Shown here one piece after another: positions 50,296-62,894 of a DNA stretch of 64,000 nucleotides. This DNA is from Squalus acanthias. Lineage: Eukaryota. A program made the position numbers and the translations under genes. The notes under the pieces were generated by a model that searched no databases, was not told where the DNA came from, and saw only the letters and a list, made by a program, of their open reading frames with translations. Every line of letters starts with the position of its first letter. Position 1 is the stretch's first letter. Where the stretch lies: the NCBI GenBank assembly GCA_030390025.1, contig CM059431.1, forward strand, positions 133,240,001 through 133,304,000, in the 5' to 3' direction.

Positions 50296-50702
50296 TACTT
50301 CCACCCACTCATCCATGTTCGTCCCAGTCCAAACTCATTTTCTGGGTCGGGGCGGAGAGAAGCACGGCTGACTCTCAGCATTATTACTGTCATCAAGAGG
50401 GAATCCTCTAGTGCCAGCCAGGAAACTCTGGCAGGGATGCCATTACAGCCCCTGAAGATCCAATGAGAGACGTAAAGCAGCACTTATCATCTATTGTATA
50501 TTAAAAACAGTATGGTCACAACATCAAAAGTATTACACTATTAACATTATGTGACAGTAGATATAATTAAGACAACTAGAACCCCACCAAAAAAAGATAT
50601 TACATTTCTTTTTAAAGTTCTGTAAAAACAACTGGAGTCCTCTTAAAAAAAAAAATGTGCAACATGATTAATGGAAAAAAACCAAAGGCGAATTTCATCA
50701 GA

Positions 50703-53240
50703 ATAGGCCTCCAAATAGTGAGAGGGAGGTAGAGGAGCAAATCTGCAGGGAAATCACAGAGATATGCAAGAGCTATAGAGTGGTGATATTGGGGGACTTT
50801 AATTACCCAAATATCGATTGGGATAATGCTGAGGTAAGGGGAAAGGAGGGGGAGGAATTTCTGAAATGTGTTCAGGAGAATTTCCTTAATGTTCCAGCAT
50901 GTTCTTGGCCCAACTAGGAAGGAGGCATTGCTGGATCTGGTGCTGGGGAATGAGGTGGGCCAGGTCGACCAAGTGTCTGTGGGAGAACACTTGGGTACGA
51001 GTGATTGTCGTATCACAAGATTTAGATTAGCAATGGAGAGGAGCAAGGAACAATCTAGAGTGGAACTTCTAAACTGGAATAGGGTTAACTTCAATGGGAT
51101 GCGAAAGGATCTAGCCAGGGTAAAATGGAACCAAAAAATGACAGGAAAAACTGTAATGGGACAATGGGTGATCTTTAAGGAGATGTTCCAAGTACAAGCT
51201 AGGTACATTCCAACAAGAGGGAAGGGTAAGCGAACCAAAGCAAGGCTCCTTGGATGACGAGGGAGATAGAGAAGATGATGAAAGAAAAAAATGGGGTGTA
51301 TGATGCATGTCAGGTGAATTCTTCAAGGGAAAACCAGACCAAATACAGTAAGTTGAGAGGGGAAGTGAAGATGAAAATAAGATTGGCAAAGAGAGAATAT
51401 GAGAGTAGAATGGTGGTTAACATAAAAGGAAACCCAAAAATCTTTTACCGGCATGTAAACAGTAAGCGGGTAGTAAGAGGCGGGGTGGGGCCTATTAGAG
51501 ACAAAGAAGGTGATATATGCTTAGAGGCGCAGGGCAAGGATAGAATACTCAATGAGTACTTTGTATCGGTGTTTACAAAGGAGGTGGATGCTGACAAAAT
51601 ATCGGTAGAAGTGGAAAAGGTAGAAGCAATGGAAGGGGTGAAAATTGATAGACAGGATGTATTAGAAAGGCTGGGTATGCTTAGAGTGGACAAATCGCCT
51701 GGTCCAGATGGCTTGCATCCCAGGTTGCTAAGGGAATTGGGGGAGGAGATAGCGGAAGGGCTTGCCATAATTTTCCAATCTTCCCTAGATGCGGGGGAGG
51801 TGCCTGAGGATTAGAAAGTGGCAAATGTGACACCATTGTTCAAGAAAGGGTGCAAGGACAATCCTAGTAACTACAGGCTGGTCAGTTTAACATCAGTGGT
51901 GGGTAACAATAATCAAGGAAAAAATTAACGGGCACTTGGAGAGGTTTAAGCTAATTAAGGAGAGCCAACACGGATTTGTAAAAGGCAGATCGTGTTTGAT
52001 TAATCTAACTGAATTTTTTGATGAAGTAACAGAGAGGATTGATGAAGGGAATGCAATAGATTTTGTCTACATGGATTTTAAGAAGGCGTTTGACAAAGTA
52101 CCACATAGAAGGTTGGTTAACAAAATTGAGGCTCATGGAATAGGTGGGTCAGTGGCAGCTTGGATAAGGAATTGGCTTAAGGACGGATAAGCCAAGTTGT
52201 GGTAAATGGCTTTTTTTCAGACTGGAGGACGGTAGACAAGGGTCAGTGCTGGGGCCACTGCTTTTTTTGATATGACCTGGATATTGGAATACAGAGCAAA
52301 ATTTCTAAATTTGCCTAAGACAGCAAACTTGGGGGTGTGGCAAACAGTGAGGATGATACCAATTGACTGCAACAGGACATAGAAAGGCTAGCAGAATGGG
52401 CAGACAAGTGGCAGATGGAATTTAATACAGAGAAGTGTGAGGTGATGCATTTTGGCAGAAGGAACAGGGAGAGGCAATATATACTTAATAGCACAATTTT
52501 AAAGAGTGTGCAGGGACAGAAGGACCTGGGAGTTAATGTGCATAGGTCCCTGAAGGTGGCAGGAGATATTGAGAGAGTGGTTAGCAAAGCATATGGAATC
52601 TTGAGCTTCATAAATAGAGGTATTGAGTACAAAAGTAGAGAAGTTATGCTGAACCCTTTTAAAGCGCTGTTTAGGCCACAACTGGAGTATTGCATCCAGT
52701 TCTACTCACCACACTTTAGGATGGATGTGAAGGCCCTTGAGGGGGTGCAGAGGAGATTTACCAGAATGGTTCCGGGGATGGGGGATCTTAGCTACAAGGA
52801 CAGGTTGGAGAAGCTGGATTTGTTTTCATTAGAGCAAAGGAGGTTGAGGGGTGATTTGATAGAGGTGTACAAGATTATGACGGGCTTGGATAGGCTAGAC
52901 GGGGAAAGGCTGTTCCCACTAGTTGATGGTACAAGGACTAGGGGACACAGGTTTAAGGTTTTGGGCAAGAGATACAGGGGGGATGTGAGGAAAAACTTTT
53001 TTACGCAGCGAGTGGTGAGGACGTGGAATTCGCTGCCGACGGAAGTGGTGGAAGCGGAGACACTCAATGTTTTCAAGGGGAGAATGGATAGGCACTTGAG
53101 GGAAATAAACTTGCAGTGCTACGGGGATAGAGTGGGGGAATGGGACTGACTGGATTGCTCTACAGAGAGCCGGCACGGACTCGATGGGGCGAATGGCCTC
53201 CTTCTGTGCCGTATGACTCTATGACCATGACTCTATGACT
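50703..53240 (+). mobile_element. Long CR1 LINE (partial APE plus RT), decayed
   Basis: GDFNYPNIDW, LLDLVLGNE, KSPGPDGLHPR, YMDFKKAFDKVPH and the C-terminus; (actctatg)n tail. Confidence 0.95.
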
Positions 53241-53650
53241 AAAACCATCAACTACTGGCTCAAAGATGGTGATCAAAACCCATCTTCCACTGACAAGAGC
53301 TTGCATTTAAGCATGTAATAGTGGCAATAGTTAAGTAAATTCACCATCACCAGCAAAGCAGCAGATAGGAACAAATCTTTAATCGCACGACCAACAAGAG
53401 GAGGAAATGAAGCAGCGGAACTTGGATAAATATTCTCCCTTGCAGCGACCAACATTGGAAGATGTAAAAAAAGCCTGACAATGTAATCTCCTCTTCCCTC
53501 TACTCCACCCTCCTTTGCCACCTCGTCCTCTCGCCCTCCCTCCTCCTCTTCCATTTCGCCTCTTCCCTCCAGTTGTTAACATAAAAAAAGCTGTGCGGAA
53601 CACAGTTAAAAAGGTCAGGGCCGTAATTTAATTTTCAGCGTCCTACTTAC

Positions 53651-53801
53651 TGGTTGATTCCATGCGTTTAATGTCACGTGATGTTTCCAAGAAATAGCGC
53701 CGGAGGAAAAAGAACACAATGACAAGTGGAGTGATTGGAATAAGTATCCAAGGAATGACAGATACTGCCACAGCTACCACACCCAAGATCTGCAGAAAAG
53801 T
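53651..53801 (-). CDS. ABCC4: ABCC4/MRP4-like coding exon (equivalent to human exon 21; TMD2)
   Basis: 151 bp; acceptor ttttttaag|ACT, donor ACCA|gtaagt; translates [50 protein letters not shown], matching ABCC4 TMD2. Absent from the ORF track. Confidence 0.95.
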
Positions 53802-54589
53802 CTTAAAAAAAAGCATTTACTGTTACTATCTCACGAACAACCAGTTCAATTACTATATTACAATACAGTGGAACTCTGACTGGAAGGGATCCCATTGCAG
53901 ATAATCAGTGGTCCACTAGAATAAGGACACACTGATTAGCTGTTAACAGGAGCAGAGGTGCTTTTGAATACATCACTCTCCTTACATCTCGTTTCTTTTC
54001 AATTTTTTAGAAAATTATTTATAATTTTAATTTTGAAGTGTTCCCAATTTTTAAATAACATTTAAAGTCAAGTAAAACTACAATATAGTAATTACCTATT
54101 CTATCACAAACTGATTGATGCGTCACTATACAATACTACTGAAATTCTGAAGTGCCCCAGGCCTGCACCGTGATGCTATTGGGTCTCGTGTCCCATCTGG
54201 GACAATCGCTTCGTCGGTATCAATGTAGCTGTGCATTCAGATTAGTGCTACTGTAGGTGAAAAAATAGTTTTAAGTAAAGAAATATTGAATGATCTGTGC
54301 TAGATGCCTCAGAGATGAAAGGCGCTTTTTTAAACTGCTAGATAAAATGATTTCTGCACCTAACTCCTCCCCACGCCCCCATTCATTTCAAGTCAAGTAC
54401 CGTTTGCGCTGGGCTCTGCTGTGTAATGAGAAAACCCAGTTGCTGCATCAGTGGAAATGTAGGGGAATCGGCTTCCTTAACCTGACGGCACATTCGTAGA
54501 CCCACATTTTCATGTGTCTACCATGCTGTTAGGTGGTGGGGTGGGGGGGTGGTACTTATATCATGATGCACAGCTGACTAAAGAAATGA

Positions 54590-56115
54590 TTAAAGAGATA
54601 GAACCGGTGCTCTGTGAGCCTCTTGCCTAAATCTTCTATAGTTCAATAGAGTCAGGGATAGTTTCCTTATACTGGAAGCTAGCTCATATAGTTCCTATTT
54701 TCAAAAAAGGGGACAAATCAGAGCCAGGGAATTACAGGCCCATCAGCCTGACAACCATTATTGGGAAGATGCCAGAAGGGATCGTAAGAGATGCCCTATA
54801 TGATTACTGGGAAAGGGAAGGGGCCATTAGAAATTCATAACACGTCTTCCAAAAAAATAGGAAATGCTGTCCAAATTTGATGAGTTTTTTTGAGGCAGTC
54901 ACTAGGGTAGCGGATGAGGGAAATCCGGTCGACATTCTCTACCTGGACTTTCAGAAAGCCTTTGATAAGGTCCCCCACACTAGGTTACTTCACAGGATAG
55001 AATCTTGTGGTATCAGTAGGAATTTCAAATGCTGAATAAGGAATTGGCTCTGATCCTGCAGCCAACAAGTTGTAGTTAACGGAACAGCCTAGAGATATGT
55101 CACTGGTGGTGTCCCCCAGGGATCGATCCTAGGCCAGCTACTGTTCACTGTCTTTACAAATGACGCAGACAGTGGTGTTGGGAATATGGTTAAGTAAGTT
55201 TGGAGATGACACAAAAATCTGTGCAATGGTTAAGACAGCAGAAGGACTGCAATCAAATCCAAAAGATTTAAATGTGCTCGGGGAGTGGGCCACACAATGG
55301 CAAATCGCATTTAATTTGAATAAATGTAGTGTTACGCATGTTGTTAGGGCCAACACAGAACACACGTATCATTTACAGGGAACAATACTGAAAGAGGTTG
55401 AGAGAGAAAAAGATCTAGGTGTATTTGTGCACAGATCATGGAAGGTTCATGACCAATGTAGAGAAACTGTAGCTCAAGCTGACAGGTTATTGGGTTGTAT
55501 TAAGAGAACCACTCAGTATAAATTAAAGGACACCATTTTGAAACTATACAGGTCGCTAGTCAGACCGCATCTGAAGTACTGTGCCCAGTTTTGGTCCCCC
55601 CACATGGTGGGTGATACAGTGGCCTTGGAAAAGTTCCAGAGGAGAGCTACAAGATTGATTCCTAGCTTAAAGCATCACAGCAACTCAGATAGGCTCAAGG
55701 ACCTTGGTCTATTTACTTTAAAGCAGCGTAGACGTAGAGGTGACCTGTTGAGGTCTAAAACAATTAGGGCTGGATATTCCAGTTTTACAGATTGGGGAGG
55801 ACCAGGGGACACATGTTTAAACTATGTAGGAGTAAAAATAAACTGGATGTTAGGAAATTCTTCTTTTCCCCAGAGAGTAGTGAGCCTCTGGAATACATTG
55901 CTGGCTGGTGTGGTGGATGCAGACTCTCTGTATACCTTCAAGAGGGAGCTGGACTGGTTCTTGATTGGGGCAGAGATTGCATCATATAGAAGGCAAGTTT
56001 CGCTATAGATAACACTTGGTCAATGTGATCTGCTGGAATGGTTTTGACCACCTGGGGGGTTCGGAGCAGAATTTGAGAGAGTATTTTTTCCTGGATTGGG
56101 TTTTTTCTCTGTTTT
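54590..56115 (+). mobile_element. Divergent CR1-clade LINE (different family)
   Basis: ORF 55160..56008 (FGDDTK...LYRSLVRPHLKYCAQFWSP); 3' UTR unlike the other CR1s in the window. Confidence 0.88.
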
Positions 56116-56169
56116 TGCACCCCCTTCCTTTCCTCTGCTGCCCAGTTTGTGGAAGAGACTGGGACTCTG

Positions 56170-56352
56170 AATTACCTGCGTGAACTCCTAGCCTTACCAT
56201 CTCTGCCCTCACCATCAAAAGCCTCCTCAAAAACCTGCTTCCTCAACTGCACCTTTCATCACCTCCCTTAATTTCTCTTAGTGTCCTCTGATCTCTTGTA
56301 AACTGTCTGGGGTCATTTATTTTGTGAAAGGCGCTAAATAAGTGTAAGCTGT
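56170..56352 (+). mobile_element. Degenerate L2 3' end
   Basis: Ends gtgaaaggcgctaaataagtgtaagctg, resembling 44008-44035. Confidence 0.5.
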
Positions 56353-59300
56353 AAATATTTAAACGCTAGTGAGCAGAGCACATGTTTAATGTAACATTTA
56401 CTGGTTACTGTAATAGCTGGTAATTTCCTCCTGAGCATTAGGACATGGGGCAGGTGGTATTCAGATGCAAGCACAAATCATTTAATATTGCTGGGCATGT
56501 AGCAACCAAAACCACTGATCAGTAGTAGACATTTAACTACAGACTATTAGCAACTTTATAATTGAAACCATTATTTCACCTGCAGTAGCACCATTATGCA
56601 CAGTGGTAGCAAGAAGTTCTTCACTCCCCCATGACAGCTAATCAGAGCAACCTGTCTCTCCCTGCTCCCTACAATGCGTATGTTTCTCAACTGACCCCCA
56701 TGAAAATTTTCATAGGCAAGGAAGAACGCGGATAATGGAAACACAGATAATCGAGGTAACACTGAACTACAAAGTACAGCTCACGTTATTGATGAAAACC
56801 ATAAGGGTGTGATCCTGAAACTAAGTTTCAAATGTCAAGGAGGAGAAAAAAATTAAGTGAACTTTAGTGACAAGTACTATTATTGTTCATTCATAAAACC
56901 TCAACACGCCAGATTTCATTACCAGGCATATTTCTTACTGTTAGTCTAATCATTCTTACAGACTTTCTAGCATCTGCTAGTGCTGTAGATTTGCCCCTGG
57001 CAAGAAACAAGACCATTATGCATTGTTATTTTTTTTCTATCCTCAGGTATTAAAAGGACAATGATGTATACTTAAATTTTCACAAAATGACCTTAGTCTT
57101 GAATAGACTGAATAAAAGGTTTTCTACGGTGAATTACAAGTTAATGCACCAACTCTCTTGATAGTTTAAGGAACTTAAATATTAACTCAATGAACAACAA
57201 AAATTGCAGATCAATCATGAATTTCATACAACTATTTTTATATTGAGTCTACTGGTTATTGCAAATCTTAGCTAAAGGTTCTTAAATGTCTTAAAAGAGA
57301 CTGTCAGAGAGATTGGCATTTCCTGAACCAGCAGAATCTAATCCTGCACTCTGATTTCAGCCATCCTCAGGGCATCATCAGTCTGTTTTAACTAACATGG
57401 AGCCATCATGTGCTCACTGCTTAATTTACTGTCTAGGAGTCATGACGATGTATGACAGCTCAAGATTTATGAATGTATTAAAAACTAAAAAGGTCTGCTT
57501 ATTACACCAATGGCAACATTTTACTACTTCTGAATTCTGGTTTGACAACTGTATCTATTTCTGCCACACCAAAGTTCTACATTTTTTCTGTAACCTTTGC
57601 TGCATTAATAGTTATCACAGAACATACTGCTATAAATCACACATTCATATATTTTGTGCAACATTGGAAGGTTTTATACAAGAGACATGCATCCTGCACC
57701 ATGAAAGTCGTTGCCGATATCAGACTATCTTTCCACCTATATTCTCTGACCTTGTTTCAGGGAATAAATAAAAATGATGTAAGAGTGACAATTACTCAAG
57801 AGGTCTTAAAACGGATGCCTACGAACTCTGGATCCTGTGGAAGGTTCAGTTGTGATTACTTGGTTACACAGTTCAGATTCCTGGAAGCTGGCATCGATAA
57901 ACTGGCTCCCTGCGTTTGCACTAAGTTTATCTCATTGGCAGAATCATAGATCGAGTGCAAATGCAGGAAAATGGCACATGAAGGCCAGTTTCTAGGGATT
58001 CAAACTAAACAAGTACTACTGTAAAAGCAGCAGACGAAACCCCAGCTTCCAAAAGGCCACAAGAATGTGCTGAACCTTGTGTTTGCCCCACCTTGAGCTC
58101 TGATCAATCATCTACACAGGGCTATACATTCTGGCGCTGTGCCTGTTAACAAGAAACCAAGGAGATTACTTTCATATAGAATCTCAGAAACGTTCTATGC
58201 TGACAATTAACAGCCCCACTGAAGTACATGTTTTTCTTGTAAAAAGGTGTTCCATCTAGGAGAGAACCGTTACCATTATAGGCACCCAATGCTGACATTT
58301 ATCATTCCCAGGTCCATATACTATAGACAGATGTAGAGTAAAGATGCCTTTCCTCTACTTAATAATGGGCCTTCAGCCTCAGAAGAGAACTCCTGACTGC
58401 ACCAGTGAGCATTTTTTAATTCCTATACCAGCCACCCTTATCTTTTCTCTCAGTGGGACTACCAATTTAGTCCAAACTTTTGCTGAGGTGTAGGCAGTTT
58501 TATTCAGTGAAACCACGGCAACTGGATGTTTGGTTTGCTTAGGTCAATTATGGCTGACAGATAGAAAGCATCGGCTAGATTCAAAACCAGTTATTCAGAC
58601 CTGCTTGGAGCCTACACAGCGTAAAAAGGATGTACAATCATCCTGCAATTGTTAACACTTTTGAATTTAGTATGGAGTCACTCAACCAAATTCTCCACTT
58701 GGACAAAACCCCATTAAAAAAATAATAAATACAGAAGTACTTATTATCCTGTGTTCACCTGCACCACAACTCAACATGCTCAAAATAAACAATCAAATCT
58801 GGATAAAGATAGATTTCATAAAGTGTTTAATATATTTTATAATGAGCAATTAATTCTAATATCATTTCTGAACAGCCCTTTATTATGTTGCATTTCTACA
58901 TTTCATTGCAGGATGAGGGCATACTGAATATGCTAATCAAGGGCCCAATGCTTGTTTTAGGACACCGATGACAAATTCGGCAGAAACTGGGCAAAACATG
59001 GACCGCACATGTTCTGCTCAGTTTTTCCAGGTGTACTGTGGATTAATTAGCAGTACTTAAATGGAACGCAGGAGGACAGGAAGTGATCTTTTTGGCTCCT
59101 CACCAATGCTGGCCCATGTTCGCTCGCCTCCACCCAACCCCACTTCCAGGATTTACATGCGGAGCCATGTTGGCGTCCAAGCTGCCCAACTTTGAGAAGA
59201 TTCCGACCAGAGACCTGAACGGGACGCCCAATTGGCATCTGCAACTTGCCGCTATTATGTAGATGTAGATGGTCAAATTCCAAGCGAGCCTTGGGCTGCC

Positions 59301-59711
59301 ATATTCAGGCACGAGGTCTGAAAGCGCTGCCCACTTTGAGTCAATTTTCCACGCGAGACCATTTTCCGAGCCCTTGCGAGGATGGAAAAGATCACGTGAT
59401 GCTATTCAAAGAAAAGCAAGAATTTATCCCAATTACCAACATTCTTCCCTGAACCAACAAATTATTTTGTCATACATTTGTATATTGTTTGTGGGAAAAT
59501 TGCCTGCCGCATTTTCTAGCATAACAGTTACTGCACTTCAAAAATCATGCATTGGTTCTGAAACACTTTGGCTCATGTCTCATGGACATGAAAAGCAATA
59601 TATAAATACAAGTTCTTTCTTTCCTTCTATTGTTCAAAAGCTTTTGATCAATCTCCAGCACTTTAGTATTTTGTTAAAAAGTTAATTGCAGTTTTTAAAG
59701 ATGCATACTCA

Positions 59712-62155
59712 TAAAAACATAAGAATTAGGAGCAGGAGTAAGCCATACGGCCCCTCGAGCCTGCTCCGCCATTCAATAAGATCATGGCTGATCTTCTACC
59801 TCAAATCCACTTTCCTGCCCGATCTCTAAATCTCTTAATTCCCCATGAGTCCAAAAATCTATCTATCTCAGCCTTGAATACACTCAACGACTGAGCATCC
59901 AAAGCCCTTTGGGGTAGGGAATTACAAAGATTCACAACCCACTGAGTGAAGAAATTCCTCCTCATCTCAGTCTTCAATGGCTGACCCCTTATCCTAAGAT
60001 TATGCCCCCTAGTTCTAGACTCTCCTGCCAGGGGAAACACCTCTCAGCATCGACCCTGTCAATCCCCCTCAGAATCTTATATGTTTCAATGAGATCACCT
60101 CTCATTCTCCTAAACTCCACAGAGTATAGGCCCAATCTACTCAACCTCTCCTCATAGGACAATCCTCTCATCCCAGGGATCAATTTAGTGAACTTTCGTT
60201 GCACCGCCTCTAAGTTAAGTATGTCCCCAGGACCAGATGGTTTCCATCCCAGGGTTTTAAAGGAAGTAGGTGAGTACATTGCAGATGCCCTAGCTATAAT
60301 CTTCCAAAGTTCTCTCGATTTAGGAACTGTCCCATTAGATTGGATAATTGCGCATGTCACTCCGCTATTTAAGAATGGCGAGAAAGGGAAACCAGGGAAT
60401 TATAGACCAGTTAACCTAACATCTGTTGTCGGGAAATTGATAGCGTCTATAATTAAGGATAGAGTGACTGAACACCTCGAAAATTTTCAGTTGATCAGAG
60501 AGAACCAGCATGGATTTGTGAAAGGTAGGTCATGCCTGATGAACCTGATTGAATTTTTTGAGGAGGTGACTAAAGCAGTGGACAGGGGAATGTCTATGGA
60601 TATTATTTATATGGACTTCCAGAAGGCATTTGATAAAGTCCCACATAAGAGACTGTTAACTCAGGTAGAAGCCCACGGAATTGAGGGCAAATTATTGACC
60701 TGGTTAGGAAATTGGCTGAGCGGCAGGAGACAGGCAGTAGAGATAATGGGTAGGTACTCAAATTGGCAGGATGTGATGAGTGGTGTCCCGCAGGATCTGT
60801 GTTGGGGCCTCAACGATTCACAGTATTTATTAACGACTTAGATGATGGCATAGAAAGTCATATATCCAAATTTGCCGATGACACAAAGATAGGTGGCATT
60901 GTAGGCAGTGTAGATGAAAGCATAAAATTACAAAGGGATAGCGACAGATTAAGTGAATGGGCAAAACTGTGGTAAATGGATTACAATGTAGGCAAATGTG
61001 AGGTCACCACTTTGGACCTAAAAAGGATAGAACAGGGTACTTTCTAAATGGTGGAAAGCTAAAAGCAGTGGATGTCCAAAGAGACTTGGGAGTCCAGGTA
61101 CACAGATCATTAAAATGTCATGAACAGGTACAGAAAATAATCAAAGCGGCTAATGGAATGTTGGCCTTTATATCTAGAGGACTAGAATACAAGGGGGAAG
61201 TAGTTATGCTGCAGCTATACAAAACCCTGGTTAGACCACACCTGGAGTACTGTGAGCAGTTCTGGGCACCACACCTTAGGAAGGATATACTGGCCTTGGA
61301 GGGAGTGCAGCGTAGGTTTACCAGAATGATACTCGGACTTCAAGGGTTAAAATACGAGGAGATTTTACACAAATTAGGGTTCTATTCCCTAGAATTGAGA
61401 AGGTTAAGGGGTGATCTGATCAAAGTTTTCAAGATATTAAGGGGAACAGATAGGGTAGATAGAGAGAAACTATTTCTGCTGGTTGGAGATTCTAGGACTA
61501 CTGGGCATAGTCTAAAAATTAGAGCCAGAGTGAAATTAGGAAGTATTTCTGCACACAAAGGGTGGTAGAAGTTTGGAACTCTCTTCCGCAAATGGCAATT
61601 GATGCTAGATCAATCGTTAATTTTAAATCGGAGATTGATAGTTTTTTGTTAACCAAAGGTATTAAGGGATATGGGCCAAAGCCGTGGAGGTCCAAAGAGA
61701 CCTCATATGGAATGAGGTTGCAGGTCAGCCATGATCTCATTAAATGGCGGAACAGGCTCGAGGGGCCCAATGGCCTACTCCTGCTCCTATGTTCCTTCCT
61801 CAGATAAGGAGACCAAAACTGTGCACAGTACTCCAGATGTGGTCTCACCAAAGCCCTGTACAATTGTAGAATGATTTCCTTACTCTTGTACTCCAACTCC
61901 CTTGTAATAAAGGCCAACATGCCATTTGCCTTCCTAATTGCTTACTGTACCTGCATGTTAACTTTGTGTTTCTTGTACTAGGACACCTAAATCTCTGTTA
62001 ACATCAACATTTAATAGTTTCTCACCATTTAAAAAATATTCTGTTTTTCTATTCTTCCTACCAAACTGAATAACCGCAAATTTCCCCACATTGTACTCCA
62101 TCTGCCACCTTCTTGCCGACTCACTCATCCGGTCTATATCCCTTTGCAGATTCTT
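59712..62155 (-). mobile_element. CR1 LINE interrupted by a + strand CR1
   Basis: Segments 59712-60212 and 61797-62155 are collinear. Confidence 0.88.
60215..61796 (+). mobile_element. CR1 LINE RT and 3' end (nested)
   Basis: ORFs 60188, 60763 (FADDTK) and 61068. Confidence 0.93.
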
Positions 62156-62156
62156 T

Positions 62157-62311
62157 GGCCTGGATTTTAACCTGGACACGAGTTCTGTGCGGGGGCGCTG
62201 TTCTGAGGTCGGGATCTCGGAAGAACGGGTTCCCCGAATGTCCTGCAGAATTTAACTGCAGGGTCTGGATAGCGGGCACAGGGTGGTTAGGGGCGGGGTG
62301 CAGAGGGTGGA
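62157..62311. mobile_element. Harbinger-type terminal fragment
   Basis: Starts GGCCTGGATTTTAACC, like the other Harbinger-type ends in the window. Confidence 0.5.
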
Positions 62312-62892
62312 TAGAAACATAGAAAAATAGGAGCAGGAGTAGGCCATTCGGACCTTCGAGCCTGCTCCGCCATTCAATATCATGGCTGATCCTCTATCTC
62401 AATACCATATTCCTGTTCTTTCCCCATACCCCTTGATGCCTTTTGTGTCTAGAAATCTATCTATCTCCTTCTTAAATATATTCAGTGACTTGGCCTCCAC
62501 AGCCTTCTGTGGTAGAGAATTCCATAGGTTCATAGGTGAAGAAATTTCTCCTCATCTCAGTCCTAAATGTCCTACCCCGTATCCTGAGACTGTGACCCCT
62601 CGTTCTAGACCCCCCAGCCAGGGGAAACATCCTCCCTGCATCCAGTCTGTCTAGCCCTGTCAGAATTTTATACGTTTCAATGAGATCCCCTCTCATTCTT
62701 CTAAACTCTAGTGAATACAGGCCTAGTCGACCCAATCTCTCCTCTTACGACAGTCCTGCCATCCCAGGAATCAGTCTGGTGAACCTTCGCTGCACTCCCT
62801 CTATGGCAAGTATATCCTTTCTTAGGTAAGGAGACAAAACTGCACACAGTACTCCAGGTGTGGTCTCACCAAGGCCCTGTATAACTGTAGTA
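62312..62892 (-). mobile_element. CR1 LINE 3' portion
   Basis: ORF 62472..62735; (tttctatg)n tail. Confidence 0.92.
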
Positions 62893-62894
62893 TA

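Noticed and set aside
49830..50483. Gly/Pro-rich ORFs on both strands
   Set aside because: Products of the G/C low-complexity tract; no splice or domain evidence.
53273..53603. Acidic or Arg/Gly ORFs beside an ABCC4 exon
   Set aside because: Arise from a polypurine/polypyrimidine stretch; no recognisable domain.
57397..57949. Two overlapping 124-135 aa ORFs in unique AT-rich sequence
   Set aside because: No recognisable homology or splice structure; likely chance ORFs antisense to the intron.
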